NCBI GenBank assembly: GCA_963835575.1
Contig: CAWIGG010000002.1
Location: 992,001-1,056,000 of the forward strand
Direction of reading: 5' to 3'
Origin: an uncultured Spirochaetota bacterium
GTDB lineage: Bacteria > Spirochaetota > Brevinematia > Brevinematales > JAOACQ01
DNA: 64,000 nt
Shown: positions 50,261 through 59,802 of the stretch, piece by piece
How the letters are laid out: the number at the start of each line of letters is the position of its first letter
Numbering within the stretch: the stretch's first letter is position 1
Made by a program: the position numbers and the translations under genes
The notes under the pieces: model-generated
Told to the model about the DNA's origin: nothing
The model's database searches: none
Seen by the model: the letters and a program-made list of their open reading frames with translations, nothing else

Positions 50261-51700
50261 ATGAATAGCCAGATAATATTATTGTCGGCGGTTTTTATCC
50301 CGTTTTTCGGTTCGCTCATCCTGCCGCTGATCGGTCATTTTTCAATCAAAGTCCGGAATTTACTTTCGCTTCTTTTTGTGTTTTCCTCATTTGTTCTCTG
50401 CGGTTTCATGCTGCCCTCAGTTCTCGCCAATCAGGCCATTACTTTTACGCTGAACCTGGATATGGGCTTCCTGGGGAATAATCCCGTTCTCTTCAGGGCG
50501 GACGGCCTGGCGGTATTTATGGTGATGGTTTCGTCCCTGATCGGTTCGATCATTGTCCTGTATTCATTCGGCTATATCAGCCACTATAAAAACCAGAATG
50601 AGTACTACCTGATGGTGGTCATCTTCCTGGGCTCCATGATGGGTATTGTCTTTTCGGCGCATCTGATCTTCCTTTACCTGTTCTGGGAAGTGTCGGCAAT
50701 CTGCAGCTGGCGTCTGATCGGCTTCTTCCGGGAAAAAGACATTGTCCTGAAAGCGGACAAGGCCTTTCTGGTCACATTCGCCGGTGCTGTCATCATGCTG
50801 ATCGGCTTTATCATGATCTACCGGCAGTTCGGCACTTTCGACCTGACGCAGATCAAGCAAGGCTCCGTTATCTCAAACGCGGCCGTTGTTGTGATCCTCT
50901 TCGGCATACTGACAAAATCGTCGACCCTGCCTTTTCATACATGGCTTCCCGACGCCGGTGTCGCGCCGTCGCCTGTGACTTCACTTCTCCATGCCGCGGT
51001 ACTGGTCAAGATCGGCGTGTATGTGTTCGCACGGCTCTTTTTCGTAACGTTCAGCCTGGAAGCATTCTGGCATACGGCTGTGCCGATAATCGCGGCGGTC
51101 AGCGCCCTCGTTGCCGCCGGAGCGGCCATTATTGAAACGGATTTAAAAAGGATCATCGCCTATTCGACGATCAGCCAGATCGGCTTTATTTTCCTTGGTT
51201 TATCGACCGGCAGTATGCTGGGAATGGCCGGCGGTCTTCTATATATATTGATGCATGGGCTGGCAAAGGGAGGACTGTTCCTCTGCGCCGGGATCGTGGA
51301 GCAGAACGCCAAGTCCAAGGATATCACCAAGCTCGGAGGCCTGATATCAGTGATGCCCATAACGGCAATAACATTCATCGCGTGCGCCTTTTCGATCATG
51401 GGCATACCGCCGTTCGGCGGCTTTTTCTGCAAGTATATGGTGATCGGCGGAGCCGTGGAAGCGGGCCAGAACTGGATCGCCCTTGTCTTCATACTGGGGG
51501 CCGTTCTGACGGTCATCTATCTTCTCCGCGTTTTTGTCAGCGTATTCATGGGGCCGCTCAAGCTGGAATCGGTCAAGGAAGGCTCTTCCACTATGCTGGC
51601 CAGCGTGATACTTCTCGCAGTACTGTCTCTCGCGGGCGGAATATTCATCAATTTCCCGGCTGATTTTGTCCAGACTATTATCAAGGGGGTTATCGGCTAA
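50261..51700 (+). CDS. Hydrogenase membrane subunit, NuoL/MrpA-like antiporter module 1
   Basis: FWE, PFHTWLPDA..AP.PV..LLHAA..VK.G, LKRIIAYSTISQIG, GIPPFGGF..K. Confidence 0.9.
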   Translation: MNSQIILLSAVFIPFFGSLILPLIGHFSIKVRNLLSLLFVFSSFVLCGFMLPSVLANQAITFTLNLDMGFLGNNPVLFRADGLAVFMVMVSSLIGSIIVLYSFGYISHYKNQNEYYLMVVIFLGSMMGIVFSAHLIFLYLFWEVSAICSWRLIGFFREKDIVLKADKAFLVTFAGAVIMLIGFIMIYRQFGTFDLTQIKQGSVISNAAVVVILFGILTKSSTLPFHTWLPDAGVAPSPVTSLLHAAVLVKIGVYVFARLFFVTFSLEAFWHTAVPIIAAVSALVAAGAAIIETDLKRIIAYSTISQIGFIFLGLSTGSMLGMAGGLLYILMHGLAKGGLFLCAGIVEQNAKSKDITKLGGLISVMPITAITFIACAFSIMGIPPFGGFFCKYMVIGGAVEAGQNWIALVFILGAVLTVIYLLRVFVSVFMGPLKLESVKEGSSTMLASVILLAVLSLAGGIFINFPADFVQTIIKGVIG

Positions 51701-53563
51701 ATGGATAACAATTTACTTCTCATACCCATATTTCTACCCGCTCTTCTCGCTTTAATAATATTTCTAATACCCAGAAAGGATAAATGGATCAAGGAAGCCG
51801 TCACCCTGATCGGCGTAGCTGTAAACCTCGCGGTCTGCATCGTCTTTTTCGGGAAAGAGATGGTCCTGAACATGCCATGGGTCGCCATCGGCAGTTTTAA
51901 AATTGATTTTCTCTTGAGGCTCTATCATTTCAGCTCGTTCATCATACTGGCCGTGTCCGGTTTTGCCTTTATGATCGCCCTTTATTCAACGATATTCATG
52001 CGCGGGAAGGAGAACCTCCGTCTTTTTTACGGCTTTCTTTTGATCAACGTCGGCCTGGTGAACGGCGCGGTCCTGGCCAACCATTTGATCCTGATGCTCT
52101 TTTTCTGGGAAGGGCTCCTTATCGCCCTATTCGCTATGATCATGTCCGGCGGAAAAAGCGCGTTTCCCACGGCCGTCAAGACGTTTGTCCTGAACGGCGT
52201 CGCTGACTTCGGCATGATCCTGGGCATCGCGCTGGTCGGCTTTATCATGAAAGGGAACCTTGCCATGGATGTCATTTCCAAAACTCCCATTCCCCTCAAC
52301 GATTTCTGGGGGATATTCGCTTTTATTCTCATAATGACAGGCGCCATAACCAAGGCGGGCTCCATGCCCTTCCATACCTGGATACCCGACGCGGCAATTG
52401 ACGCTCCCCTGCCGTTTATGGCCTTTCTGCCGGCTTCTATTGAAAAGCTGCTCGGCATTTATTTCCTGGCGCGTGTCACGCTGGACCTCTTCGACTTCAA
52501 GGCAGGCTCTGTCATGTCTATCGTCGTAATGACCATCGGCGCCGTGACGATCCTCCTGGCCGTGATGATGGCGCTCATCCAGAAAAATTTCAAGCGTCTT
52601 CTTTCCTACCATGCCATCAGCCAGGTCGGCTATATGATCCTCGGCATCGGTACGGCGATCCCTGTCGGCATTGTCGGCGGGCTCTTCCATATGATCAACC
52701 ATGCCATGTATAAAAGCTGTCTTTTTTTAACGGGCGGTTCCGTGGAAAAACAGGCCGGCACGACGGAGCTGAAGGACCTGGGCGGGCTGGGCAGAAAGAT
52801 GCCCATCACGTTCATCTGCTTTATCGTCGCGGCAAGCGCCATTTCCGGAGTTCCGCCGTTCAACGGCTTCTTCTCGAAGGAGCTCGTGTTTGACGGCGCC
52901 CTCGAAACAGGCCATGTCGTATTTTATATAGCGGCTTTACTCGGAGCATTCCTGACGGCGGCCTCATTCCTCAAGCTGGGACACGCGGCTTTCCTCGGCA
53001 AACAGAATAAGGACTACAGCAAGGTCAAAGATCCCGGCTGGCCGATGCTTGTCCCGATGATCGTGATCGCGCTCGGCTGCATACTTTTCGGCGTTTATAA
53101 CCCGCTTCCGCTGAACGGCCTGATCCAGCCGATACTGGGCGCGAGGCTCGAGCACAGCTACGCCGGACTTCCCGGCAACTGGACCCTTGTCATTATTTCC
53201 GTTTCAGTGCTGGTCCTCGCTTTCCTGAACCACCTTTACGGCGTGTGGAGGACGAAATCCGGCATCGGAGCGGTGGACCATATTTACCATGCGCCGGGGC
53301 TTAATACTATTTATAAATGGGCCGAGAAACGCTATTTCGACCCCTACAATATCGGGATGATCATCGTGAACGGCGCCTCCAGAGTTCTATGGTGGATAGA
53401 CAGGGGGATCGATTGGATTTATAATAAATTTTTCGTTGGGGTTGTTTCAGCCTTCTCGTTTGTGATTAGAAAAGCCCATACAGGCAGTTATTCGCTCTAT
53501 CTTTTATGGTCGCTGGCGGGCCTGGCGGTCATCATTGTCATTTTTATATTTCAGTTGCGTTAG
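51701..53563 (+). CDS. Hydrogenase membrane subunit, NuoL/MrpA-like antiporter module 2 with C-terminal extension
   Basis: FFWE, KAG.MPFHTWIPDA, KRLLSYHAISQVGY, GVPPFNGFFSK; long C-terminal lateral helix region. Confidence 0.9.
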   Translation: MDNNLLLIPIFLPALLALIIFLIPRKDKWIKEAVTLIGVAVNLAVCIVFFGKEMVLNMPWVAIGSFKIDFLLRLYHFSSFIILAVSGFAFMIALYSTIFMRGKENLRLFYGFLLINVGLVNGAVLANHLILMLFFWEGLLIALFAMIMSGGKSAFPTAVKTFVLNGVADFGMILGIALVGFIMKGNLAMDVISKTPIPLNDFWGIFAFILIMTGAITKAGSMPFHTWIPDAAIDAPLPFMAFLPASIEKLLGIYFLARVTLDLFDFKAGSVMSIVVMTIGAVTILLAVMMALIQKNFKRLLSYHAISQVGYMILGIGTAIPVGIVGGLFHMINHAMYKSCLFLTGGSVEKQAGTTELKDLGGLGRKMPITFICFIVAASAISGVPPFNGFFSKELVFDGALETGHVVFYIAALLGAFLTAASFLKLGHAAFLGKQNKDYSKVKDPGWPMLVPMIVIALGCILFGVYNPLPLNGLIQPILGARLEHSYAGLPGNWTLVIISVSVLVLAFLNHLYGVWRTKSGIGAVDHIYHAPGLNTIYKWAEKRYFDPYNIGMIIVNGASRVLWWIDRGIDWIYNKFFVGVVSAFSFVIRKAHTGSYSLYLLWSLAGLAVIIVIFIFQLR

Positions 53564-53575
53564 GAGGACATAAGC

Positions 53576-55009
53576 GTGCAAGCCTTATTTATTCTTGTCC
53601 CGTTAGCGGCGCTCATCATACTGAACCTTCCTTTTAAACAGGCTTTCAGAAAAAGCGCCATAGTCGTAGCGATACTGATCGCTATATTCCAGATGGTTTT
53701 AGCTCTCAGTTCAGGGGTCATGCTCTGGACAAACATCATAGAGTTTTTTAAATTCAAATTCGTAACGGAACTCAGCATAGATTTTTTGAGCCTGGTAGTC
53801 CTCTTTACAATCGGGCTGATAGCTTTTACAGCGCTTATTGTCAGTCAATCTTCCTATAATAAAGACAAGTTCAATCTGATCAATCTGATCCTGATACTTA
53901 TGATGGGAATGAACGGCGTTGTAATGGTCAGGGACCTGTTTTCCCTTTATGTATTTCTGGAAATAACCGCGATTTCATCTTTTATTCTGATAGCTCTGGA
54001 AAAAGGCATTGAAGGCTTCGAGGGCGCATTTAAATATCTGGTGATGTCCGCTGTGGCGACCATATTTCTTTTGACAGCAATCGGTCTTGTGTTTCTGACG
54101 ACCCAAGACCTTACTTTTAACACCGTGGGCAATTATATAAAAAGCCTGAACGGGAAATTTCCTCCTCAGATGATTACCGCCCTGATACTCTTCATTACAG
54201 GTCTAGCGATAAAGGCCGGTATTGTTCCCTTCCATGGCTGGCTTCCGGACGCGTATATGTCCGCTCCTGCTTCTGTTTCAATCCTCTTAGCGGGCATCGT
54301 GACGAAGGTGGCCGGAGTTTATACTATTATACGGCTTGTGAACGATGTGTTCAACAACATGAGCGTTATCAACAGCATCCTCATGGCCTTCGGCGCGCTG
54401 TCCATCGTGGTCGGCGCGTTGGCGGCGATAGGGCAGAGCGATTTTAAAAGGGTCCTCGCTTATTCCAGTATCAGCCAGATCGGCTATATTATCCTGGCCG
54501 CAGGAATAGGAACGCCCCTTGCTTACGCCGGCGCGCTTCTGCACTTTTTTAATCATGCCACTTTTAAGTCCCTCCTTTTCGTCAACTCCGCCGCGGTCGA
54601 AACGCAGACGGGGACAAGGGACATCAATAAACTGGGCGGGCTTGGAAGTAAAATGCCTGTCACAGCCGGCACGTCTGTGGTCGCTTTTCTTTCAACAACG
54701 GGGATGCCGCCTCTCGCGGGCTTCTGGAGCAAATTGATCATCATAGTTGCCGCATGGACCGCGAGTTATTATATTTATAGTATCATAGCGGTATTAGCGA
54801 GCATATTAACACTCGCGTATTTTCTCATTCTGCAGAGGAAGGTGTTTTTCGGAAAAACCGCTGCCGGATTGGAAAATATAAAAGAAGGCAATATCGGTTT
54901 CACTCTTCCCGCGCTTATTCTTGCCGCCATAACTGTTATTTTAGGTCTGGCATTTCCTTTTATTGTACAATTACTGCAGACAAACGGCTTGCTTAAAATA
55001 ATGATATAA
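53576..55009 (+). CDS. Hydrogenase membrane subunit, NuoN/MrpD-like antiporter module 3
   Basis: VFLE, AFKYL, KAGIVPFHGWLPDAY, KRVLAYSSISQIGY, GMPPLAGFWSK. Confidence 0.9.
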   Translation: MQALFILVPLAALIILNLPFKQAFRKSAIVVAILIAIFQMVLALSSGVMLWTNIIEFFKFKFVTELSIDFLSLVVLFTIGLIAFTALIVSQSSYNKDKFNLINLILILMMGMNGVVMVRDLFSLYVFLEITAISSFILIALEKGIEGFEGAFKYLVMSAVATIFLLTAIGLVFLTTQDLTFNTVGNYIKSLNGKFPPQMITALILFITGLAIKAGIVPFHGWLPDAYMSAPASVSILLAGIVTKVAGVYTIIRLVNDVFNNMSVINSILMAFGALSIVVGALAAIGQSDFKRVLAYSSISQIGYIILAAGIGTPLAYAGALLHFFNHATFKSLLFVNSAAVETQTGTRDINKLGGLGSKMPVTAGTSVVAFLSTTGMPPLAGFWSKLIIIVAAWTASYYIYSIIAVLASILTLAYFLILQRKVFFGKTAAGLENIKEGNIGFTLPALILAAITVILGLAFPFIVQLLQTNGLLKIMI

Positions 55010-55023
55010 TTGGAGAAAGTAGA

Positions 55024-55539
55024 ATGAAAGAGATAGTTCTTATTATTATATTCGTGAGCCTGGTCGTTGCGGCCCTGATGTCGGTTATGATAAGGAGCCT
55101 GATCAAGGCCGCCATAGCCCTGGCTGTCACGAGCGCGGTCCTTGCTATAATTATGTTCCTTCTGAACGCGTGGATAGCGGCGGTGATCGAGCTGTCCGTC
55201 TGCGCGGGAATGATCACGGTCGTTTTTATCAGCGCGATCAGCCTTACCAAGCCGCTGACGGATGAGGAAATCGTCATTGAGGCGAAGCACCGGGTGAAGC
55301 GTTTTATTTATCTTCCGTTCATACTCATAGCCGCGATGGTCCTGCTTTACATCGGCTGGCAGAACCATATCATCAATTTCGACTTCATTCCGAAAACCGC
55401 CGTAACGCCGCATGACTTCGCGGAACAGAGCGATATTATCTGGAATAAAAGGCCGGTCGACATCCTGGGGCAGATTATCGTTATTTTTTCAGGGGTTTTC
55501 GGCGTCGTAGTTTTATTTAAGGAGCGTACCGTAAAATGA
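55024..55539 (+). CDS. NuoJ/MbhD-like membrane subunit
   Basis: Multi-TM; AAVIELSVCAG, W..R..D..GQ. Confidence 0.75.
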   Translation: MKEIVLIIIFVSLVVAALMSVMIRSLIKAAIALAVTSAVLAIIMFLLNAWIAAVIELSVCAGMITVVFISAISLTKPLTDEEIVIEAKHRVKRFIYLPFILIAAMVLLYIGWQNHIINFDFIPKTAVTPHDFAEQSDIIWNKRPVDILGQIIVIFSGVFGVVVLFKERTVK

Positions 55540-55847
55540 ACGTGGATATGAGTTTTGTTATATTCAGCGCCATTGTTTTACTTCTTATTACAGGGCTGTA
55601 CTGCCTGATCGTCACGCAGAACCTCATCAGGATACTGATAGGACTGGAGATACTGACAAAGGCCGTCACACTGCTGTTGATCGCGGCGGGATATCTGACC
55701 AACTGGGCCGCGGTGACCCAGTCGTTTGTCATCACGCTGATCATTATCGAGGTCGTTGTCATTGTCGTCGCGTGCGGGATCGTGATCGGCGTCTGCCTGC
55801 ATAATAAGAACCTGGACACGCGGAACCTCAGGAAATTAAAGGAATAA
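55536..55847 (+). CDS. NuoK/MrpC-like subunit
   Basis: 3 TM segments; NLIRILIGLEI, I.IE. Confidence 0.85.
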   Translation: MNVDMSFVIFSAIVLLLITGLYCLIVTQNLIRILIGLEILTKAVTLLLIAAGYLTNWAAVTQSFVITLIIIEVVVIVVACGIVIGVCLHNKNLDTRNLRKLKE

Positions 55848-55857
55848 GGATATCATT

Positions 55858-56178
55858 ATGGTTAATATACTCATGCCTCCTATCGCTTTTCTCATCATAC
55901 TTCTGCTTTCGTTTATTTTTTCGGGGATCTTCCAGGGCTTATCGGCAAAAGGCAAAGAGACCGCCGGTAAGGAAAAATCCTATGCCTGCGGCGAGGATGT
56001 GGCCACGAACAAGGCACAGCCCGATTACAGCCAGTTTTTCCCGTTCGCTTTCTTTTTTACCATTATGCATGTTCTGGTGCTGATGATCGCGACGGTCACG
56101 AAGGGAATAATCGGCCTGCCGCTTCTCTATCTGGCCGCCGGCGTGATAGCCCTGTTTATACTTTTCAGGAGGTCATAA
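55858..56178 (+). CDS. NuoA-like membrane subunit
   Basis: K.KSYACGE loop, Y.QFF.FA.FF. Confidence 0.75.
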   Translation: MVNILMPPIAFLIILLLSFIFSGIFQGLSAKGKETAGKEKSYACGEDVATNKAQPDYSQFFPFAFFFTIMHVLVLMIATVTKGIIGLPLLYLAAGVIALFILFRRS

Positions 56179-56609
56179 TGTCTCTGGTCAGGAAAATAAT
56201 GACATGGGCCAGGATAAAGTCGCCCTGGATCATTCATTTCAATACAGGCGCGTGCAACGCCTGCGATATAGAAATACTGGCGGCGCTGACGCCCAGGTAC
56301 GACCTGGAGCGCTTCGGTGTCCAGCTGAAAGGCACGCCCAGGCATGCCGACGTGCTGGTGTGCTCGGGACCTGTGACCCTGCAGACAAAAGACAGGCTTT
56401 TGAGGATCTATGAGCAGATGGCCGAGCCGAAGTTTGTCGTGGCGGTCGGCACATGCGCTTCCTCGGGAGGCGTATTCAACGGCTGTTACGGCGTTAAGGG
56501 CGGCATCGATACGATCATTCCCGTGTCCGCCTACATACCGGGATGCCCGGTCAGACCGGAGGCGATCATAGACGGTGTGGTGAAACTTCTGGCAAAGATC
56601 AAAGGTTAA
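56178..56609 (+). CDS. Group 4 [NiFe]-hydrogenase small subunit (NuoB-like)
   Basis: CNACDIE, PRHAD, GTCASSGG, PGCP.RP. Confidence 0.93.
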   Translation: MSLVRKIMTWARIKSPWIIHFNTGACNACDIEILAALTPRYDLERFGVQLKGTPRHADVLVCSGPVTLQTKDRLLRIYEQMAEPKFVVAVGTCASSGGVFNGCYGVKGGIDTIIPVSAYIPGCPVRPEAIIDGVVKLLAKIKG

Positions 56610-56625
56610 AAGGGGAGGCATAGTT

Positions 56626-57096
56626 ATGGAAAGGGCCGAGAATATCAAAGAGATATTAATAAAAAACTTCGGTATTTCAGACGATAAAATCAGGATACAG
56701 AGACAGCGGAGGATCTACGCTGAAATCCCCTCTGAAAAAATACATAAACTGATGGAATTCTTAAGGGACAATCAGGATTTTACATTCCTCTGCACCATCA
56801 CCGGCCTGGATGTGGGCGAAAATTTCCAGGTGATATACCATCTGGCGGATAGTCAGGGGACTTTGCTCAACCTCAAGATACACACCCCGCGTTCCCATCC
56901 TGTGATCAAATCCGTTACGCCTCTCTTTAAAGGCGCGGTCTTTTATGAAAGGGAGCTCAAGGACATGTTCGGCATCGAAGTGGAAGGCGTGCCTCCCGGA
57001 AGAAGGTACCCTCTTCCCGACGGCTGGCCGGAAGGCCAGTACCCGCTCAGAAAGGACTGGAAGCAGGAAGAAGAAACCAAGGCGCAGGAGGCGTAA
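56626..57096 (+). CDS. NuoC-like subunit
   Basis: ITGLD, YERELKDMFG, YPLRKDW. Confidence 0.9.
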   Translation: MERAENIKEILIKNFGISDDKIRIQRQRRIYAEIPSEKIHKLMEFLRDNQDFTFLCTITGLDVGENFQVIYHLADSQGTLLNLKIHTPRSHPVIKSVTPLFKGAVFYERELKDMFGIEVEGVPPGRRYPLPDGWPEGQYPLRKDWKQEEETKAQEA

Positions 57097-57097
57097 A

Positions 57098-58315
57098 ATG
57101 GCAAAAGTTGTAGTGCCCATCGGTCCCCAGCATCCGGCCCTGAAGGAACCGGCAAGTTTTACCCTTTATCTTGAAGGAGAAAGGGTCGCCGCGACGAATG
57201 TCGCCCTCGGTTATAACCACCGCGGCGTTGAAAAGGCATGCGAACAGCGCACTTATATACAGAGTATGTACCTCATCGAAAGGGTCTGCGGGATCTGCTC
57301 GCATTCCCATTCCACAGCTTTTTTGCAGGCGGTGGAAGAGATCGCGGCGCTCGAGATCCCAAAAAGGGCCGCTTATATCAGGACGCTCGTCGGAGAGCTG
57401 GAAAGGATCCACAGCCACCTCCTCTGGCTCGGCGTGGCCGGGCATGAACTCGGTTTTGACACGCTCTTTATGTATAGCTGGCGCGACAGGGAGGTCGTGA
57501 TGGACATCCTGGCGATGCTCACCGGGAACAGGGTCAATTACGGGATAAATACGATCGGCGGCGTCAGAAGAGACATTTCGAAAGAGCAGATCGAGGATAC
57601 GCTTAAAGCCGTTGATATACTGGAAGAAAGAACAAAATATTACATAGAGGTAGCGACGCAGGAAACGACCCTTATCGGCAGGCTTGCCGGGGTCGGGAAG
57701 CTTCCGAAAGATCTGATAGCCCAGTTCGGCACGACAGGCCCGACGGCAAGGGCCGCCGGAATAAAAAAGGACGTCAGGAAAGACGATCCCTATGCCGCGT
57801 ACGCCGAATTGAGTTTTAACGTCGTTACGGACGACCATGCCGATGTGCTGGGAAGGACCATTGTCCGCGTGATGGAGCTGATGGAAAGCTACAAGATCAT
57901 CCGCCAGGTCCTCAAGCAGCTTCCGGACGGTCCCATATCCGTACGAGCACCGAGGAAAATACCCGAAGGCGAGGCCATCAGCCGGTACGAAGCCCCGCGC
58001 GGCGAGGATTTTCATTATGTTAAAGGCAACGGCTCCGAAAAGCCTGAAAGGGTAAAGGTCCGAGCCCCGACGCTGGCTAATCTCGCCGCCATATCCTATA
58101 TGCTGGACGGCGGATACCTGGCCGACGTGCCGATCGTCATCGCGGCCATCGACCCCTGTTTTTCATGCACCGACAGGATGATCGCGGTCAATGACCTTGA
58201 GACAGGGAGGAATTCCCTGATGGATTGGGAAGGCCTGCGGAATTACAGCTTAGAATGGTACAGAAAAAACCGCGGCCTTGACATGGGTAAAATTAAAGCA
58301 ATTTCCAAAAAATAA
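57098..58315 (+). CDS. Group 4 [NiFe]-hydrogenase large subunit
   Basis: ATG 57098 after AGGAGG; GPQHP, HRGVEK, L1 RVCGICS.SH, L2 DPCFSCTDR, then a cleavable C-terminal extension. Confidence 0.93.
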   Translation: MAKVVVPIGPQHPALKEPASFTLYLEGERVAATNVALGYNHRGVEKACEQRTYIQSMYLIERVCGICSHSHSTAFLQAVEEIAALEIPKRAAYIRTLVGELERIHSHLLWLGVAGHELGFDTLFMYSWRDREVVMDILAMLTGNRVNYGINTIGGVRRDISKEQIEDTLKAVDILEERTKYYIEVATQETTLIGRLAGVGKLPKDLIAQFGTTGPTARAAGIKKDVRKDDPYAAYAELSFNVVTDDHADVLGRTIVRVMELMESYKIIRQVLKQLPDGPISVRAPRKIPEGEAISRYEAPRGEDFHYVKGNGSEKPERVKVRAPTLANLAAISYMLDGGYLADVPIVIAAIDPCFSCTDRMIAVNDLETGRNSLMDWEGLRNYSLEWYRKNRGLDMGKIKAISKK

Positions 58316-58477
58316 TTTTTTGGAAATTGCCTGAATAAAAATATTTTTGGGTAATTAAAATGATGCAGTCCCTCACCATTTTGTTAGCTCAAAAGGATAG
58401 CCAGGCAAAATGGTGAGGGACTGCAAGACTCTGAACTATATCGGAAGTTCTAAAAAATCACATTTTTTAGAACTTCC
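58298..58477. repeat. Triple-hairpin composite element inside the operon
   Basis: GCAATTTCCAAAAAAT/ATTTTTTGGAAATTGC; perfect 20-bp TGCAGTCCCTCACCATTTTG/CAAAATGGTGAGGGACTGCA; GGAAGTTCTAAAAAAT/ATTTTTTAGAACTTCC. Confidence 0.85.
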
Positions 58478-58496
58478 ATAAGGAAGGTAATAGATA

Positions 58497-59456
58497 ATGG
58501 CCGAAGTTCTCACCAATCTTTTTCAGATGATCGTTTTTCCGGGATTTATATTCCTCGGTATTTACGGGATTATCGTTGAATTCATCGACCGGAAGCTCTA
58601 CGCGCGGTTCCAGAACCGTGTCGGCCCGCCCTGGTTCCAGCCCCTGGCCGATTTTATCAAACTGCTCGGCAAGGAAACGATCATCCCCGCTGAAGCGGAC
58701 AAAAGGATGTTCAAAATGATCCCTGTTTTCGCGCTGGCCGCCGTCTGCACGGCGTTCCTCTATATACCGGTCTGGAACAGCCAGTCGCTTTACCCATTCA
58801 AAGGCGATGTGATCGTCGTGCTTTATCTGCTGACTATACCGACATTGACATTCTTCCTGGCGGGATGGCACTCAAGCTCGCTTTTCGCGGCGCTAGGCTC
58901 GGTGAGGACGCTCACACAGCTCTTCGCCTATGAAGTGCCGCTCTTTATGGCCATACTTGGGCCGGCAATCCTCGCGGGAAGCGCAAGCGATTGGTCGCTC
59001 AGCGGTATTTCCGCTTTTTACGGAGCGCATCCGCTCTATATCCTGATCAATATACCCGCTTTTATCGTGGCGATGATCGCTGTGCAGGGAAAATTAGAAA
59101 GGGTGCCGTTCGATATGCCCGAGGCCGAGACGGAAATCGTGGCCGGCGCATTTACCGAATACAGCGGAAAGCTCCTGGCGATCTTCAGGATGTCCATAGA
59201 CATCGAGATGGTTGTCGCCGCGGCGCTATTGTCGGCGGTCTTTTTCCCGTTCTTTATCACCGGCAATGCCATCCTTGGATTCGCTCTGTTCATAGTCAAG
59301 ACTTTATTCATCGTTTTCATTCTATCGGCGGTACGCGCGGCGCTGGCCAGGCTCCGTATCGAGCAGATGGTCGCCTTCTGCTGGAGGATACTGACTCCGA
59401 TCGCGCTCGTCCAGCTCTTAGCTAACCTGATTTTAAAAGAGGTCCTGAAAATATGA
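58497..59456 (+). CDS. NuoH/HycD-like membrane subunit
   Basis: DRKLYARFQNRVGP, QPLADFIKLLGKE, PFDMPEAETE, EYSG. Confidence 0.93.
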   Translation: MAEVLTNLFQMIVFPGFIFLGIYGIIVEFIDRKLYARFQNRVGPPWFQPLADFIKLLGKETIIPAEADKRMFKMIPVFALAAVCTAFLYIPVWNSQSLYPFKGDVIVVLYLLTIPTLTFFLAGWHSSSLFAALGSVRTLTQLFAYEVPLFMAILGPAILAGSASDWSLSGISAFYGAHPLYILINIPAFIVAMIAVQGKLERVPFDMPEAETEIVAGAFTEYSGKLLAIFRMSIDIEMVVAAALLSAVFFPFFITGNAILGFALFIVKTLFIVFILSAVRAALARLRIEQMVAFCWRILTPIALVQLLANLILKEVLKI

Positions 59457-59800
59457 AAAAACCCGGCAAGATGCTCCCTTTCATGATGAAAATGCTTGTA
59501 ACAAAACCGGCGACGGTTTTATATCCCTATACAAAGGTGGAAATGCCCCTGAATTTCCGCGGCAAACTCAAGTTCGACGCGTCGAAATGCATCGGCTGTA
59601 AGATGTGCATGCGGGACTGCCCCTCCGACGCCATCGTCATAGAGAAAACCGGCGAAAAGCAGTACGAGGCGGTCGTCTATCTTGACAAATGCATCTACTG
59701 CGGCCAGTGCGTCGACAGCTGCCCCAAAAAGGCGCTCTGGAACACCACGGAATACGAGTTGGCCAACTACGACCATGAACACCTGAAGGTGAAAATCTAA
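59453..59800 (+). CDS. NuoI/HycF-like 2x[4Fe-4S] subunit
   Basis: CIGCKMCMRDCP and CIYCGQCVDSCP. Confidence 0.93.
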   Translation: MKKPGKMLPFMMKMLVTKPATVLYPYTKVEMPLNFRGKLKFDASKCIGCKMCMRDCPSDAIVIEKTGEKQYEAVVYLDKCIYCGQCVDSCPKKALWNTTEYELANYDHEHLKVKI

Positions 59801-59802
59801 TA

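Noticed and set aside
56945..57097. N-terminal extension of the hydrogenase large subunit in the ORF track
   Set aside because: It overlaps the NuoC-like gene; the RBS and homology support ATG 57098.
50261..59800. Calling the operon NADH dehydrogenase (nuo) or Mbx/Ehr
   Set aside because: Both Ni-binding CxxC motifs and a HycI protease are present, and nuoEFG are absent.
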